Assembly (NCBI GenBank): GCA_010909165.1
Contig: VJWM01000272.1
Coordinates: 62,001-126,000, forward strand
Source: Anthoceros angustus
Taxonomy: Eukaryota; Plantae; Anthocerotophyta
Length of the DNA stretch: 64,000 nucleotides
Direction: 5' to 3'
The position numbers and the translations under genes are program-made. Shown here piece by piece: positions 37,950-51,403 of the stretch. Each line of letters starts with the position of its first letter. The first letter of the stretch is position 1. The notes under the pieces were generated by a model. It saw only the letters and a list, made by a program, of their open reading frames with translations. It was not told the origin of the DNA and ran no database searches.

Positions 37950-40900
37950 CTCGAAAATTCCCTCATGGCTGCCACTCGCCTTTTGGCCCCACCACGACCA
38001 TGGCTTCGCCATGGACCCCGCCTCCTCCATTCGCCACCGCCTCCCTCTCCCACCCCATTTGTTCACAGCGACGCTGACATGCCCCGCCTTGTCAGTGACG
38101 ACACAATTGCCTCCCGCACAAATTCTCATCCGCCTCCGATTCCATCCCTCATGTCTTTCACGGCCCTCGTCACTCCCTCCCCTCGACCCCATCTCCGTCC
38201 ACAATGTGCGATTACGCGTCACTGGCGATGGCACCTCCCAACACACGCCCTTTACCACCGGCTGCCCTCTTGACACACCCTCCTTCCGTGAACCGCATGG
38301 CACTTTGATTCCAAGTCCCTCCCCTCGAAAATTCCCTCATGGCTGCCACTCGCCTTTTGGCCCCACCACGACCATGGCTTCGCCATGGACCCCGCCTCTC
38401 CCTACACATCTTCTCACACTCTCGGCATTCACACTATCACCGTGCATGGACGTTCCATCACCTTCGGGTGATCGTGGCGTCGTCGGCACCACGATCACAT
38501 TGCCCGTCATAGCCTCACTCGGACACTGTTTCCACCATCCGCACCATCCACCTTCGTGGCACCAAGCCCGCCTCCCCTCCCCTCCGCTTTCGTGTTTTGT
38601 CTCCTCCTCTCTCCCAATGCATTCTACTCCCACCGTCCTCCTACTTATCCCCCACATCCACACCACCACCTCCTGCAGGGCCCTGCCTTCCATCCTTCGT
38701 CTAAATGCCACGGATCTGGATCCATCTCCAATTCCATGTCGTTCAACAAAATTGTCATCTCCCTTGTCCTCGGCCATAGCCTCGAACCTCCGGGTGGTTC
38801 GTTATTCCATGTCTTACCAGTATGAACTCGGGATGACCCGCCATCGCGAACCGCCCACAGAGGTTGCATGGAGATCGTCCTCTTCGCCTCCCAAATTCAG
38901 CCTCCTCTTGGGTACCTCCCATGCTTCTTCTCAAACCAAGCACCCATCCAAAGACGCCTCCCTTGCCCCAAGGGTTTGGCCCCACCCTCCGTTTTGGCCA
39001 GCCTCTCTTTGCAAGTTCATACTTGATGGCTCGAACTTCCTGCTTGCAGCTCCATCCGAGCCTGTGCAAGGGCATCTTCCCACTCCTCCTCGTCCACCAT
39101 GCTCGGCTTCTTACCCGCCTCCCCTCCTCCTCTCCCTCTCCTCTAATGCGCCTTTGCGGCCTCCACACATCGAGAATTGCGCGTGCGAGTCATTTATGAG
39201 AAGTGTCGGCTTATCTGGACTTCACCACCAGGTCGGGAAGGCTTGACACCGATTTCACTAACCGTCCCTTCTCCCCTCGGGCGTCGCGCCATCTTGCCAT
39301 GTTCCCAGTTCATTCACAACCTTTGTCCTCACTAGCCAATCCAGGCCTTGCTTCGCCAGACTTCAACAACATCGGATTCCCTTCCTGTCCTTTGCTTTTG
39401 CATTGCCTCCTTCACCATTTCACGCCATTCCTTTTATCAAGGTCACAAGTGCATCGTTGTCCACCTCACACCACTCCATCGCATCCTTCTGCACCCTCCT
39501 CTCCCTTGTCATCACACCTCCCCTTGGCGAACCGCCGCCATTCCTCATCCAGCCTCAGTCGGCGCACCGGGACCCCGCCTCCCTTGCCCCAAGGGTTTGG
39601 CCCCACCTCCTCTCCCTTGTCATCACACCACCACCTCCCGTGTTGCCATGGCTGCCACTCGCCTTTTGGCCCCACCACGACCATGGCTTCGCCATGGACC
39701 CCGCCTCCATTCGCCACCGCCTCCCCTCCTCCTCTCCCACCCCATTTGTTCACAACGACACTGACATGCCTTGCCGGTGACGACACAATTGCCTCCGCTG
39801 GAATGAATTCTCATCCGCCTCCAATTCCATCCCTCATGTCTTTCACGGCCCTCGTCACTCCCTCGACCCCATCTCCGTCCACAATGTGCGATTACGCTCA
39901 CTAGGCGGGCACCCTCCCAACACACGCCCTTTACCAGCCTGCTGCCCTCTTGACACACCCTCCTTCCGTGAACCGCATGGCTTCTGATTCCAAGTCCTCT
40001 CGCCCACGCAGCCAGAACTTGACGTGACGGCACCCTCCCAACACACGCCCATTACCACCGGCTGCCCTCTCCCTACACATCTGCTCACACTCTCTTCATT
40101 CACACTATCACCGTGCATGGACGTTCCATCACCTTCGGGTGATCGTGGCGTCGTCGGCACCACGATCACATTGCCCGTCATAGCCTCACTCGGACACTGT
40201 TTCCACCATCCGCACCATCCCACCTTCGTGGCGCTGCCCCGCCTCCCCTCCGTTTCTCTTCGTGTTTTGTCTCCTCCTCTCTCCCAATGCATTCTACTCC
40301 CACCGTCCTCCTACTTATCCCCCACATCCACACCACCACCTCCTGCAGGTGCACCCCATCTTCCATCCTTCGTCTAAATGCCACGATCTGGATCCATCTC
40401 CAATTCCATGTCGTTCAACAAAATTGTCATCTCCCTTGTCCTCGGCCATAGCCTCGAACCTCGGGTGGTTCGTTATTCCATGTCTTACCAGTATGAACTC
40501 GGGAGACCCGCCATCCGCGAACCGCCCACAGAGGTTGCATGGAGATCGTCCTCTTGATCTCCCAAATTCAGCCTCCTCTTGATTTGGGTACCTCCCATGC
40601 TTCTTCTCAAACCAAGCACCCATCCAGACGCCCTCCCTTGCCCCAAGGGTTTGGCCCCACCCTCCGCTTTTGGCCCCACCCTCCGTTTCTCTTTGTCGTA
40701 AGTTCATACTTGATGGCTCGAACTTCCTGCTTGCAGCTCCATCCGAGCCTGTGCAAGGGCATCTTCCCACTCCTCCTCGTCCACCATGCTCGGCTTCTTA
40801 CCCGCTCCTCCCCTCCCCGCTCCCTCTCCTCTAATGCACCGCCTCCACACATCGAGAATTGCGCGTGCGAGTCATTGAGAAGTGTCGGCTTATCTGGACT

Positions 40901-41270
40901 TCACCACCAGGTCGGGAAGGCTTGACACCGATTTCACTAACCGTCCCTTCTCCCCTAACGCCGCGCCATCTTGCCATGTTCCCAGTTCATTCACAACCTT
41001 TGTCCTCACCGGTCATTTTCGTGCCTTGCTTGCTCAGACCCCGAACAACATCGGATTCCCTTCCTTCCTGTCCTTTGCTTTTGCATTGCCTCCGCCATTT
41101 CACGCCATTCCTTTTATCAAGGTCACAAGTGCATCGTTGTCCACCTCACACCACTCCATCGATCCGCCCCTGCACCCTCCTCTCCCTTGTCATCACACCT
41201 CCCCTTGGCGAACCGCCATTCCTCATCCAGCTTCAGGCGTTGTTTGGCGCACCGGGACCCCGCCCACGCG
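37950..41270. repeat. ~1.68-kb tandem duplication inside the CACTA-type element
   Basis: atggctgccactcgccttttggccccaccacg at ~37965 and 39648, with an extra partial copy at ~38339. The downstream sequence is collinear between units. Confidence 0.85.
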
Positions 41271-42399
41271 GTTGCCCCGACCGCCCTCGGTTTCGTTTGC
41301 CTTCGTCCCAACCACCTCCCGTGTTGCCATGGGCTGCCTCCACATGTCCTGCTGCATGAACAGCTGCCAGCATGCCAAGCAAGGTGCACCGCAACGTCCG
41401 CAAAGCGAACTGCATCAACGTGTGTACAAATTCGGAACAAGACGTTCTTGTCAATCCAGTCTCGAAACACCCACCTCATCTGACAGCAAAGCATCGTCAC
41501 CCACTGCGTTCAATTCGCGAACGCAATGCTCCAAGTCCGCCTCGGGCTGGGATATTCCACGCCTCCATGTCCTCAACCGCCATTGGTTGGGCCGCCATGT
41601 TCCCTTGTCCTCACAACTCTCGTGTGTCTATGTAGGATGCGGTGGCTGGGGTGGATGAGCGAGGTAGCTCGGATCGAGGTGTTAGGTGGTGGGGTGGATG
41701 AGCGAGGTAGCTCGAGACGAGCTTGCCCTCTCATCCTCCCCACCCACCTACGGATAGGCGTCGGCGGCGGCGTCGGCGGTGGTGCTCTAGCGGGGTATCG
41801 ATGTCCGCAAACTCGGCTTCCACGCCTTCCTTCCCGCCATTGCCCGTTCGGGGACGCCACCGCCATCTTGAAGGCATTGGCTTGCCCTTCCGATAGTTGC
41901 CAAGCCAAGGGTCGCCATCGCCAAAATTCAAAGCTCTTCATATGGAAAGCCTTTGTTTGCAAACTCGTCGGCGGCGGCGTCGCGCCATCTTGCCATGTTC
42001 CCAGTTCATTCACAACCTTTGTCCTCACTGCCCTTCTCCTTCGCCATAATGACTAGTGTTTTATATTACGACAACTTGTAGTCCCTTGCCCACAATTGAG
42101 TGCGATCTAGACGTGCCATCATTGCATATTGCCGATAATCGTGTCCTCATGTGAACACCGCCATCAAGACCACGGTATTTACGTGTCACGTTGGTTACGT
42201 TGTCTTCCATTGGAGCCACATTACGCTCATCAAGAGTCCGGAGGTTACGCCCCATCTTCGTGTCACGCTCTGCCTTCCAATGGAGCCACATTACATTACG
42301 CTCGCTGGTCCGGAGGTTCGCCCCATCCTCGACGTCCATAGGCCACATGCCATGCGCTATATGGCTCCGCCCACTCGCCTCCGTGTCCCTCCATCCCTC

Positions 42400-45300
42400 G
42401 CCGGTGGGTACCAGCGATGGCCCAAATGTTGTCATCCCCGTCTCCGGATGCAGATGCATCGGCCACCTGGCGGCCACAAACGGACCATCTATTGAGCGCA
42501 CTGACACACAAACTTTCTCCGTATTTACAATGTCAAATCCGTGTACGACTGTGATCGATGGCCTTGTCCCTCCCGGCCGACACTCGTACCATCTAACCTT
42601 CAACAAAATTGGCTTAAAATCATGCGAACCGCAGCGGAGTATTTGTTCTATGTGCCCGAGAACGGCGCTCCTCTTCAATGTCGCCGCCGCCCCCATGAGA
42701 AACTTCACCACCGCCTTGTACTCCGCGACGCTTTGTCCGCCTCCATCGCTCGAGGTGGCGCCTTTGTTCCACATGTGGCTATATGCCACCGCTGCAACGC
42801 AGCCCATCCATGATTGCGGTCACTTGGGTCATGCAAGGATGCCCATCCCATGCTCGAGCCCTTCTTCCATATATCCGTCACGAAAGTCCGCCGACCATCC
42901 TGCACCGTTTGTCCTAACTTCTTCCTCGTACATGTCCAAGAACGCAGACCTCGTGATACAACACATATGTATGCTGGCGTGCCTCCACGGCATCCATAAT
43001 GTACGACGGCCGACACCCAAAGCACCTTCTCCCCATACGCTCATCTCCCATGCTTCTCCCACGTGAGCGTAATAAGCGGAGAAATGTCATGCCGAAATGC
43101 AAACTCTCCTCACGCATGTACCCCACCGCTATCTGGACTCGGGTCTCGGCTACCGTCGCACCGTCCGCTTCTCGGATCCTAAATACCTCTCCACCGGGTA
43201 CATCCACCTAGTGTGAATCGGGCCCAAAGCGCCACCTCATCCACTAAGTGTAATATGAGGTGGGTTGATATATCAAACATCTTGGGAAATTGCTTCTCGA
43301 GAGCACATTACCCTCATCGCCTTCACACAGGTTTGGATGTCCCGACTCGGTATCGTCCGGCAAATCCACCGAAGGCGTCCTAGCTTTACAACCGCCTTGT
43401 ACACCGCTCTATGCACCCCGAGGACGATGGGGAATATGATTTCCAACATAATGTTACCATGGCATTTCAGTCGCCAACTTTCCCGCTTTCCACCTTAGCG
43501 CTATGTTGGACCCATAGCCTGTGCTTGATGCGCTTAATGCCCTCAATCACGGTCTTCAAGTCCGACGGACAAAACGACGGCGCGGTATTGGCCATCGTCA
43601 CCTGTGCCACAACCATCTTTTCCCCGCTTGCTTCCATGTCCATGCGCGCAATGTCATCTCGCTCTCCGTCGGCGTGTGCCATATGGCCTCGCATTGTTTT
43701 TTCCACGCAGTATCACATCCTTTGGCGCCCACACAAGCATGTGACGCCATGGCAGACTCAACAAGGACGACATTCTCCGGTTCCAAAGTTGCCTACCGAC
43801 GGACGTCTAGTGTCGCAGCTTCTCTGCGTGCCATATCCGTCACAATATCATCGAACGTTGGCGGCCTTGGTTTGGGTCGGAGGTCCGCCAGTCCATCAAA
43901 CCAATCTGCATCCTCCCACCGTCCACTGTCATTAGCTGGTAGCCACCGACGCGATCCGACATAAACGGGCTTTTTCAAATCTCTGGAATAGCGAGAATCA
44001 AGGTCCAGCCAGCAATCGACACACGCTCGCTTCCCTCTCACTTGCAATCCGGTGAGGGTACCCAACCCCGGGTAATCGGCAATGATGTGCGAATCACAGA
44101 ATTTGAAATGCCTCTTAGGATGGTTTTCAGATTGAGAAATCTTCCATGTCCACCCCTCCATAACTCTTCGAGTTCATCTACCGTGCCATGTACACATCGA
44201 AATTTTAACCATCCCCGCCCCGCACAATCGAGGCATGATGACATGCGTCCTTTGTCTGGCCCAAGGTGGCATGTTGTGCACAAATACCAAAACCGCCATA
44301 TGGACGTGTTTGACTGCGGCCAAACGGGTTGAACCGTCGTGGATAATGCTAACCTCAAGTTCCTCGCTCATCGCCGAAACCATCAATGCATCTAGTGCCT
44401 CCACGGCATCCATAATGTACGACGGCCGACACCCAAAGCACCTTCTCCCCATACGCTCATCTGCGTCCATGCTTCTCCCACGTGAGCGTAATAAGCGGAG
44501 AAATGTCATGCCGAAATGCAAACTCTCCTCACGCATGTACCCCACCGCTATATCGACTCGGGTCTCGGCTACCGTCGACCGTCCGCTTCTCGGATCCTAA
44601 ATACCTCTCCACCGGGTACATCCACCTAGTGAACTGGCCCAAAGCGCCACCTCATCCACTAAGTGTAATATGAGGTGGGTTGATATATCAAACATCTTGG
44701 GAAATTGCTTCTCGAGAGCACATTACCCTCATCGCCTCTGCTGCTTGGATGTCCCGACTCGGTATCGTCCGGCAAATCCACCGAAGGCGTCCTAGCTTTA
44801 CAACCGCCTTGTACACCTCTCCTCTCTATGCACCCGGAGGATGGGGAATATGATTTCCAACATAATCCATGGCATTTCAGTCGCCAACTTTCCCGCTTTC
44901 CACCTTAGCTATGTTGGACCCATAGCCTGCTTGATGCGCTTAATGCCCTCAATCACGGTCTTCAAGTCCGATTTGGACAAAACGACGGCGCTGCGGTATT
45001 GGCCATCGTCACCTGTGCCACAACCATCTTTTCCCCGCTTGCTACCATGTCCATGCGCAAGCAATGTCATCTCGCTCTCCGTCGGCCATATGGCCTCTGC
45101 ATTGTTTTTCCACGTGCATCACATCCTTTGGCGCCCACACAAGCATGTGACGCCAAGATGGCGTGACTAACAAGGACGACATTCTCCGGTTCCAAAGTTG
45201 CCGACGGACGTCTGCGGTGTCGCAGCTCGCCATATCCGTCACAATATCATCGAACGTTGGCGGCTTTGGTTTGGTGAGGTCCGCCACCCATCAAACCAAT

Positions 45301-46500
45301 CGCATCCTCCCACCGCCCACCATCCATTAGGTAGCCACCGACGCGATCCGACATAAACGGGCTTTTCAAATCGAATAGCGAGAATCAAGGTCCGCCAAGA
45401 ATCGACACACGCCGCTTCCTCTCACTTGCAATCCGTGAGGGTACCCAACCCGGGTAATCGGCAATGAATCACACAGAATTTGAAATGCCTCTTAGGATGG
45501 TTTACCGATTGAGAAATCTTCCATGTCCACCCCTCCATAACTCTTCGAGTTCATCTACCGGTGCCATGTACACATCGAAATTTTAACCATCCCCCGCACA
45601 ATCGAGGCATGATGACATGCGCCCTTCTGGCCCAAGGTGGCATGTTGAAATACCAAAACCGCCATATGGACGTGTTTGACTGCGGCCAAACGGGTTGAAC
45701 CGTCTGTGGATAATGCTAACCTCAAGTTCCTCCATCGCCGAAACCATCAATCGCATCTAGTGCTCTCCATGCCGGGTATCCGCCATCATGGACATGTCCC
45801 CATTCTCGCTTTGCCTCCCGACATACCAAGTCATCAATCGTGCTATTTCCGCCATTCAAACATGCGTTCCGGTTTCAAGGGAAAATGCCGAGGACCTTCC
45901 GAGGACTCGACCTGCTTCATCAAACCCATCCTCGAACCGCGGCCCCACACTTTGGGCAATGGTTGCGCCCCGTACTCGTAATGTAACGCAGTTTTCTCAC
46001 AAGCATGGATTTTCTCATATCCGGGGCCAAATAGGTGCAACAGTTGACTTGGCCTCGCATATGTCCTTCTCGCTCCTCGAACCGCAAAAATCCACACTTA
46101 AGATCTTTAAGAGGGTCAATCGCGACCACCGATGTCAAACATGGTTTGCCAAGACAACAACAACAGGTGGCGCTTAGCCGCTCTTCGCCACCGCCTGCTC
46201 ACCGGTATAAAGGCGTCTCGCCGCCAGCCCGACAAGCTGGTTTTCGGCGGTTCCCTCCGTGCCAAGTGCATGATCAGTTGCTTCCAGCAAGTCGTCCACA
46301 GAGTGCATATGAGGTACATCTTCACGTCCCGTTCCCTCGTCCATGCTCTCCACATCGGAGCTGCCACTTTGGTCGCCCCCATTGCCTTCGCTGTCTCGCA
46401 TTTCATACTCCTCGGAGCCCGTTTCCGTATCCGTCTGCGGTGGAGAGACGCCTTCAAGGCCTCCGCCACCGTCAGTGTCCAAACTTGGCTCCACGGTCTG
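42400..46500 (-). CDS. TnpD-like (Transposase_21/DUF4218/DUF4216-type) transposase, frameshifted and internally duplicated (~42981-44396 and 44397-45765)
   Basis: Motifs LVFVHNMPPWARQ, ELEELWRG, IIADYPGLGTLTG..GKRACVDC..KKPVYVGSRRWLP, IAVGYMREESL and FKPILLKVRWY. Confidence 0.8.
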
Positions 46501-49500
46501 CCAGATAAACCTCAGTAATGCAAATTAGAGAGAGCAATGGTGGTGCACGCAACAGCCACGCCGGAGCCCGTGAGGCACCCGCAAACAAGTTTTGAGATGT
46601 GCGCCGAATCACGAGGTCGCCACACACTGACGGCATGGACAAAACATGTAAACCTCATTTGCAAATCGGGCATCTTGCACGTGGTCCCGACCCGGTGTCG
46701 ACCACAAGCGAATCAGCGGCACCAAGACAGTAACCTATGAATGCCGCAGACTCCCACGCGAATTCATGTCCAATTCACAACGACCCATCAGACACGCCAG
46801 GTGCAGGCATCACGCCGCAGCGCAGACGCCACCTCCAAATCGAGAACCGCCCTTCAACATTAGAGCACCTCGACGACGATCGACGCACTCGACGATGAGC
46901 CGTCCGTCGATGGCACGGGAGTGGGGTGTTGCCAGATTCACGCCATGTTCATCCCATATCCTGAGCGAGCGACGATGGGATGAATCATTGCATTGGCGGG
47001 ATGTCCCGGCTCAATAAACACTCCCGACATTGAGCGCACTCCGCCGCAGCGGTGAGGTGACGGCTATTGAAAGGGAGGAGATGAGCAAAGCGCGGTGGCG
47101 CAGCGGTCGGCTCTTGTCTACATGAGTGAGTCATTGCACTTGCAAACATGTGTTCTGGCTAAAAGATGCCCCACCTCCTTCACAATTTTACATTCAAACC
47201 CGACGGGAAGCGGTTGCATTGAAAGGAAGCGGAAGATGCTCAGCACGAGGCGCGCCCATCCTTGCTGCAGGCCACCTCCTTGATTTGCACTTCGTCCATA
47301 GCGAGGGATAGTGTTGAGCTCATGCTCTCAAAGTCTCTATACAACTCCCATGTTGCGTGCGCCATTGCAGTGAAAGGGCAGCACCCAATACGACAGGTGT
47401 TCCATGCCGCCTCTTCGCCGCCCCAAGTCCATTCTTGAGGTGTGTAGCTTCAGTGGCCGGCCGATGTGAAGCCCCACAACGGCAGCTTCTATCCAAACAA
47501 TCGACTCAAGTTCGCAGAAATCCTCCTCGGATCGTGGCCTGCAAAAGTGTAGCTCCGTATGCGACTTGCCTCTTCCTCCCATTGGGAAATTGCCGGTTCG
47601 CGCGTGACGACGCCGTCCCAAAGCTGGAATCCTCCCGCCTTCCCTTCCTCTTCAGACAAGATGGTCCGGCGGGGAGTGTTGTGCAAATGCCTTCCCTTCC
47701 TCTCAACCTCCCTTTCGCCTTCAACTTTCGAGGCTTGCGAAAGTCCCCGCCTTCGTTCCACCTCGATCCATCACGGTTTGGAGGCGACACTTGTATAGTT
47801 TACCGCAGGCCACTATCCGGAGGAGGGCAACGCGATGGCAAAGGATCCCAAAGTTTGTGAATCCATATGGCATCCATCGCACACGGTCACGATTGACACG
47901 CCAAACATAAGTGACGTGGCGTGACATGTCATGTCCGCTCCACGGTATGGATGGGCACCAACCCCTATCCATCCATTCCGCGAAGTGGACATGACAGTCA
48001 TCGACTTTTATTGCGGTGTTGATGAGTAGTACACGTGGTACAAATGGAGGAATCACATTTCCCAACGCCGCCTTTAAGAATGGTGAAGTATACCCGAATG
48101 TGAGGTATAACTGCCCCGAACACGACGACCGCCATGCCCAAGAGACGCAAAGCTGGGGCCGACGGCCAAGCCTCGCTTCGTGGCCGTGAGAGCAACCTCC
48201 GCCCATCGCCGATGGCCATCGCTGAATGTGAACCGCAGCCTCTTCCTCGATGGCCATCGGGGCTATCACGCCGTGACGCAAAGAATATCCACATTAATCC
48301 GCAATGTTGCAAGCAACATCGAAGGTGAGGAAATGAACGCTTGTAAACATATAAAGAGAAATCCAAACATCCACGAGGTTCAAAGAAATGATCGCCCACG
48401 GTCACGGCTTGTGAAACGAGGTGTGACAACGCGATTTGTGCCCGACACCTTCCATGCCACATGAGGTTGGATACCATCGCCACTCCGTGACCATTGTGAC
48501 TTCCACATTGCCACCCCAATGGCGGATTCCATTTGCATGCACACGAAGACACGCCCACTAAGATGGGCGAGTCAACGCCTCCAGCGCGCTGGGGTCCTTG
48601 ATGGCCATCGAGGGGCGGTGCACCGGGAGATGGAGAGAACAACAAACCAATGGTGGTTCTTTGCCCACCGCACCGAGGGCGCCCAACGTGGTTGGTTTCC
48701 TACACATGCCCATGGCAATTGCGCATGAAGAGAGGAGGAGAGGGCAAGGGTTGGGAGTTGTGCAGCCTCCTCGACTATTCCACAAGGCGACCGTGATCCG
48801 CTGAGGAGCAACAGATCGCCACAACCATGAAGCGGAGGCCTGTGCAAGGTCATTTAAACCGTGCATGCAGATGAGGGCGCCGTCGCAACCAATGTGCGTC
48901 ATGGCGAATGGAGGAAGCAGTCGAGGAATCTTTCATGTCGACTGCTCAGAAGGAAAACGCAGTACGGCGTGCTTTCCGGCTATCGATTTCCATGAATGAC
49001 CACTATTGCAAGTTGCAATGAGGATGGCGGTCGGTTAGTGCGTACAGAGTGGCGCGGATTCCAATGCCGTTTCAGGATATGAAAAAAAGGCCACAAACGT
49101 CCGCCTTCCTGACGGAGGGTTGTCGCCATTGCGCTTTTTCACAATTTCAGCCATGTGTCATCCTCCCGCCATGTCTCCTAGTTGATGGTCGGCGAATACC
49201 GGCCCGCGACAGACATTATGCTCCGCCGACACGCAGGATGGCGCAGATCTTATTGCGTGATCTACTACCGGTTCACCGATCTCGCTGGTCAAAGAGGCGA
49301 GCTCGACAAGTGCCATGCCCGTGTGCGAAATGATGATCACGGTCTTCCTTACATCACGGGACATGGCACGCCAAATGCTACCGTCACCATCACTTATTGG
49401 CAATGGCGCATTGTGGACATTAGCGGTATCTTCACTTTGATGAAGGCAACCAAGTCAAGTGGGTTTCAAGTAGGATACATCATAGGGTTCGACCTACCAC

Positions 49501-49689
49501 TTGTCCTTTTGTCATGGCATAATGTATGCGGGCCATGTACTTGCAAGGATCATAATAGACGAATGGGCGTTTATTGCCATTGTGGTTATAATGTCCGCCC
49601 GCAAGGAAAGGCGGAAAGAATGTAGGTGGCTGGATGATCTCCGCCCACTTTCCTCCACCCGTCACCACAAGGTGAAAACGGGAGGAATA

Positions 49690-50400
49690 ACTACTTGGAC
49701 CATGGTCATTCGATTGCATTGCGAACAATGGTCCTTGGTATTCCACATGCCATATATGTCCATCCTGGACCATGGTCATCACACGCGAACAATGGTCCTT
49801 GGGTATCTCGCACCACATATGCATTAACCATCCTTGGACCATGGTCATTGCGAACAATGGTCCTCGTGAAAGATGCTCAACATCGCAACACATATGCATT
49901 AACTTGACCATGCTCGCATGGTCCTTGGTCAAAAGTATTCAACACGCTCGACACATATGCATTAACCATCCTTGGACCATGGTCATTCGATTGCATTAAC
50001 AATGGTCCTTGATCTCGAAAAGTAGTCAACGCTGCTCCACCATATGCATTAACCATCCTTGACCATGGTCATTCCGATTGCATTAACAATGGTCCTTGGA
50101 TCTCGAATAAGTAGTCAACACTTTCCACCACATGCGAACTATTGACCATAAACTCACAAACCAACAACATCCATGGCCCATGGGCATCCGCTGAACAATC
50201 CCTGTCACGAATTATGTCAGATATATGCATATGACATGGTCATTCGATTGCATTGCAACAATGGTCCTTGGATCTCGAATAAGTAGTCAACACTTTCCAC
50301 CACATATGCAAGAACATCCTTGGACCATGGTCTTTTCAACTCACAAACCAACAACATCCATGGCCCATGGGCATCCGCTAAGTTGCCAAATTCGTCCTTG
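49690..50400. repeat. Minisatellite rich in CCATGG/CATATG palindromes
   Basis: Recurring catatgcattaaccatccttggaccatggtcattcgattgcattgcgaacaatggtccttgg variants. The array is mirrored at ~62750-63300. Confidence 0.85.
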
Positions 50401-51403
50401 GGTCACGAATTATCGTACAAATCGCTATATATGTGAAGCATGGGGACATGCCAACTTGAACAAAAAGACGAGGTGTGTGCTAAGAGACAGATGGTTAGGT
50501 GCGAGCCATGACGGCCGACACACCGCATAACACCATTCACCCATGGGCATCCGAAGCATGCGCCAAATTGGCCCTTCCACGAAGGCTCAACTGGCTATAT
50601 GTGAAGCACGGGACATGGCGCATGGAATGTAGGTGACGGGTGACGGAAGGACTGCCATGGAGCTGTCGATTATGGCTCGCACACTTGACATCAAGGTAAA
50701 ACCACCGCCCGGACGTGATGTTCGTCCTGTGGCATTGCATGTTGAACGCGGGCCATGACGGCATGAATGACCATACAACATCCTTGGCACATGGGCATCC
50801 GAGCATTGTTACCAATTTCGTCCTTGGGTCACGGCATTGTACACTGCTTGCCATATATGTGAAGCATGGGGACATGGGAGCTTGCTCAAAGAGGTGACGG
50901 TGTCCGACGCCAAAGACGGCATGGGGCATGCCATAAGCGGACACATGGGGGAGAACATGGAGGTGCGTCTTGAAACATGGCATGTCGGCAAGGAGCCGTG
51001 GCATGTCCTTTCGCTTACGCCCTCCCTCCTCCACCACAAGGTTACCACCTTCGGAAAACCCATATCGCTACCGCAGCTTGCACTCCGCTTGTCGCGTTAG
51101 GTCCGCTCCAGCGCCGCAGCTTGGCGTGGTTCCGCTATGGTTTGGGACGTGGACTTCAAGATTTGGCCGAGGTCGTTAAGCTTACAACCCGCTACCATAA
51201 CCCGTGACTTGATGATGCGCAGAAGTGGTTGACGCGGAAAAGAGGACGGAGGGCCCCCACGCCCTGCTTATGCCCGGCCGGAGAGGCACGGAAGGTTTGG
51301 AAAATGGAGAGGACGCCGGCGAGCAGCCGTTTTCGCATGGTCAAGTGGAATTGCACAACGGCCTCGGACGGGTGCCAAAGCCAGAGGAACCGAGGCAAGC
51401 GAT

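Noticed and set aside
37428-39246. Long Pro/Ser-rich plus-strand ORFs (281 and 445 aa)
   Set aside because: These are probably by-products of C/T-rich composition. The frames are not preserved in the duplicate unit.
49690-50400. CRISPR-like array of partly palindromic repeats
   Set aside because: There are no unique spacers of constant length and no cas genes, and the context is a eukaryotic transposon. It is a minisatellite.
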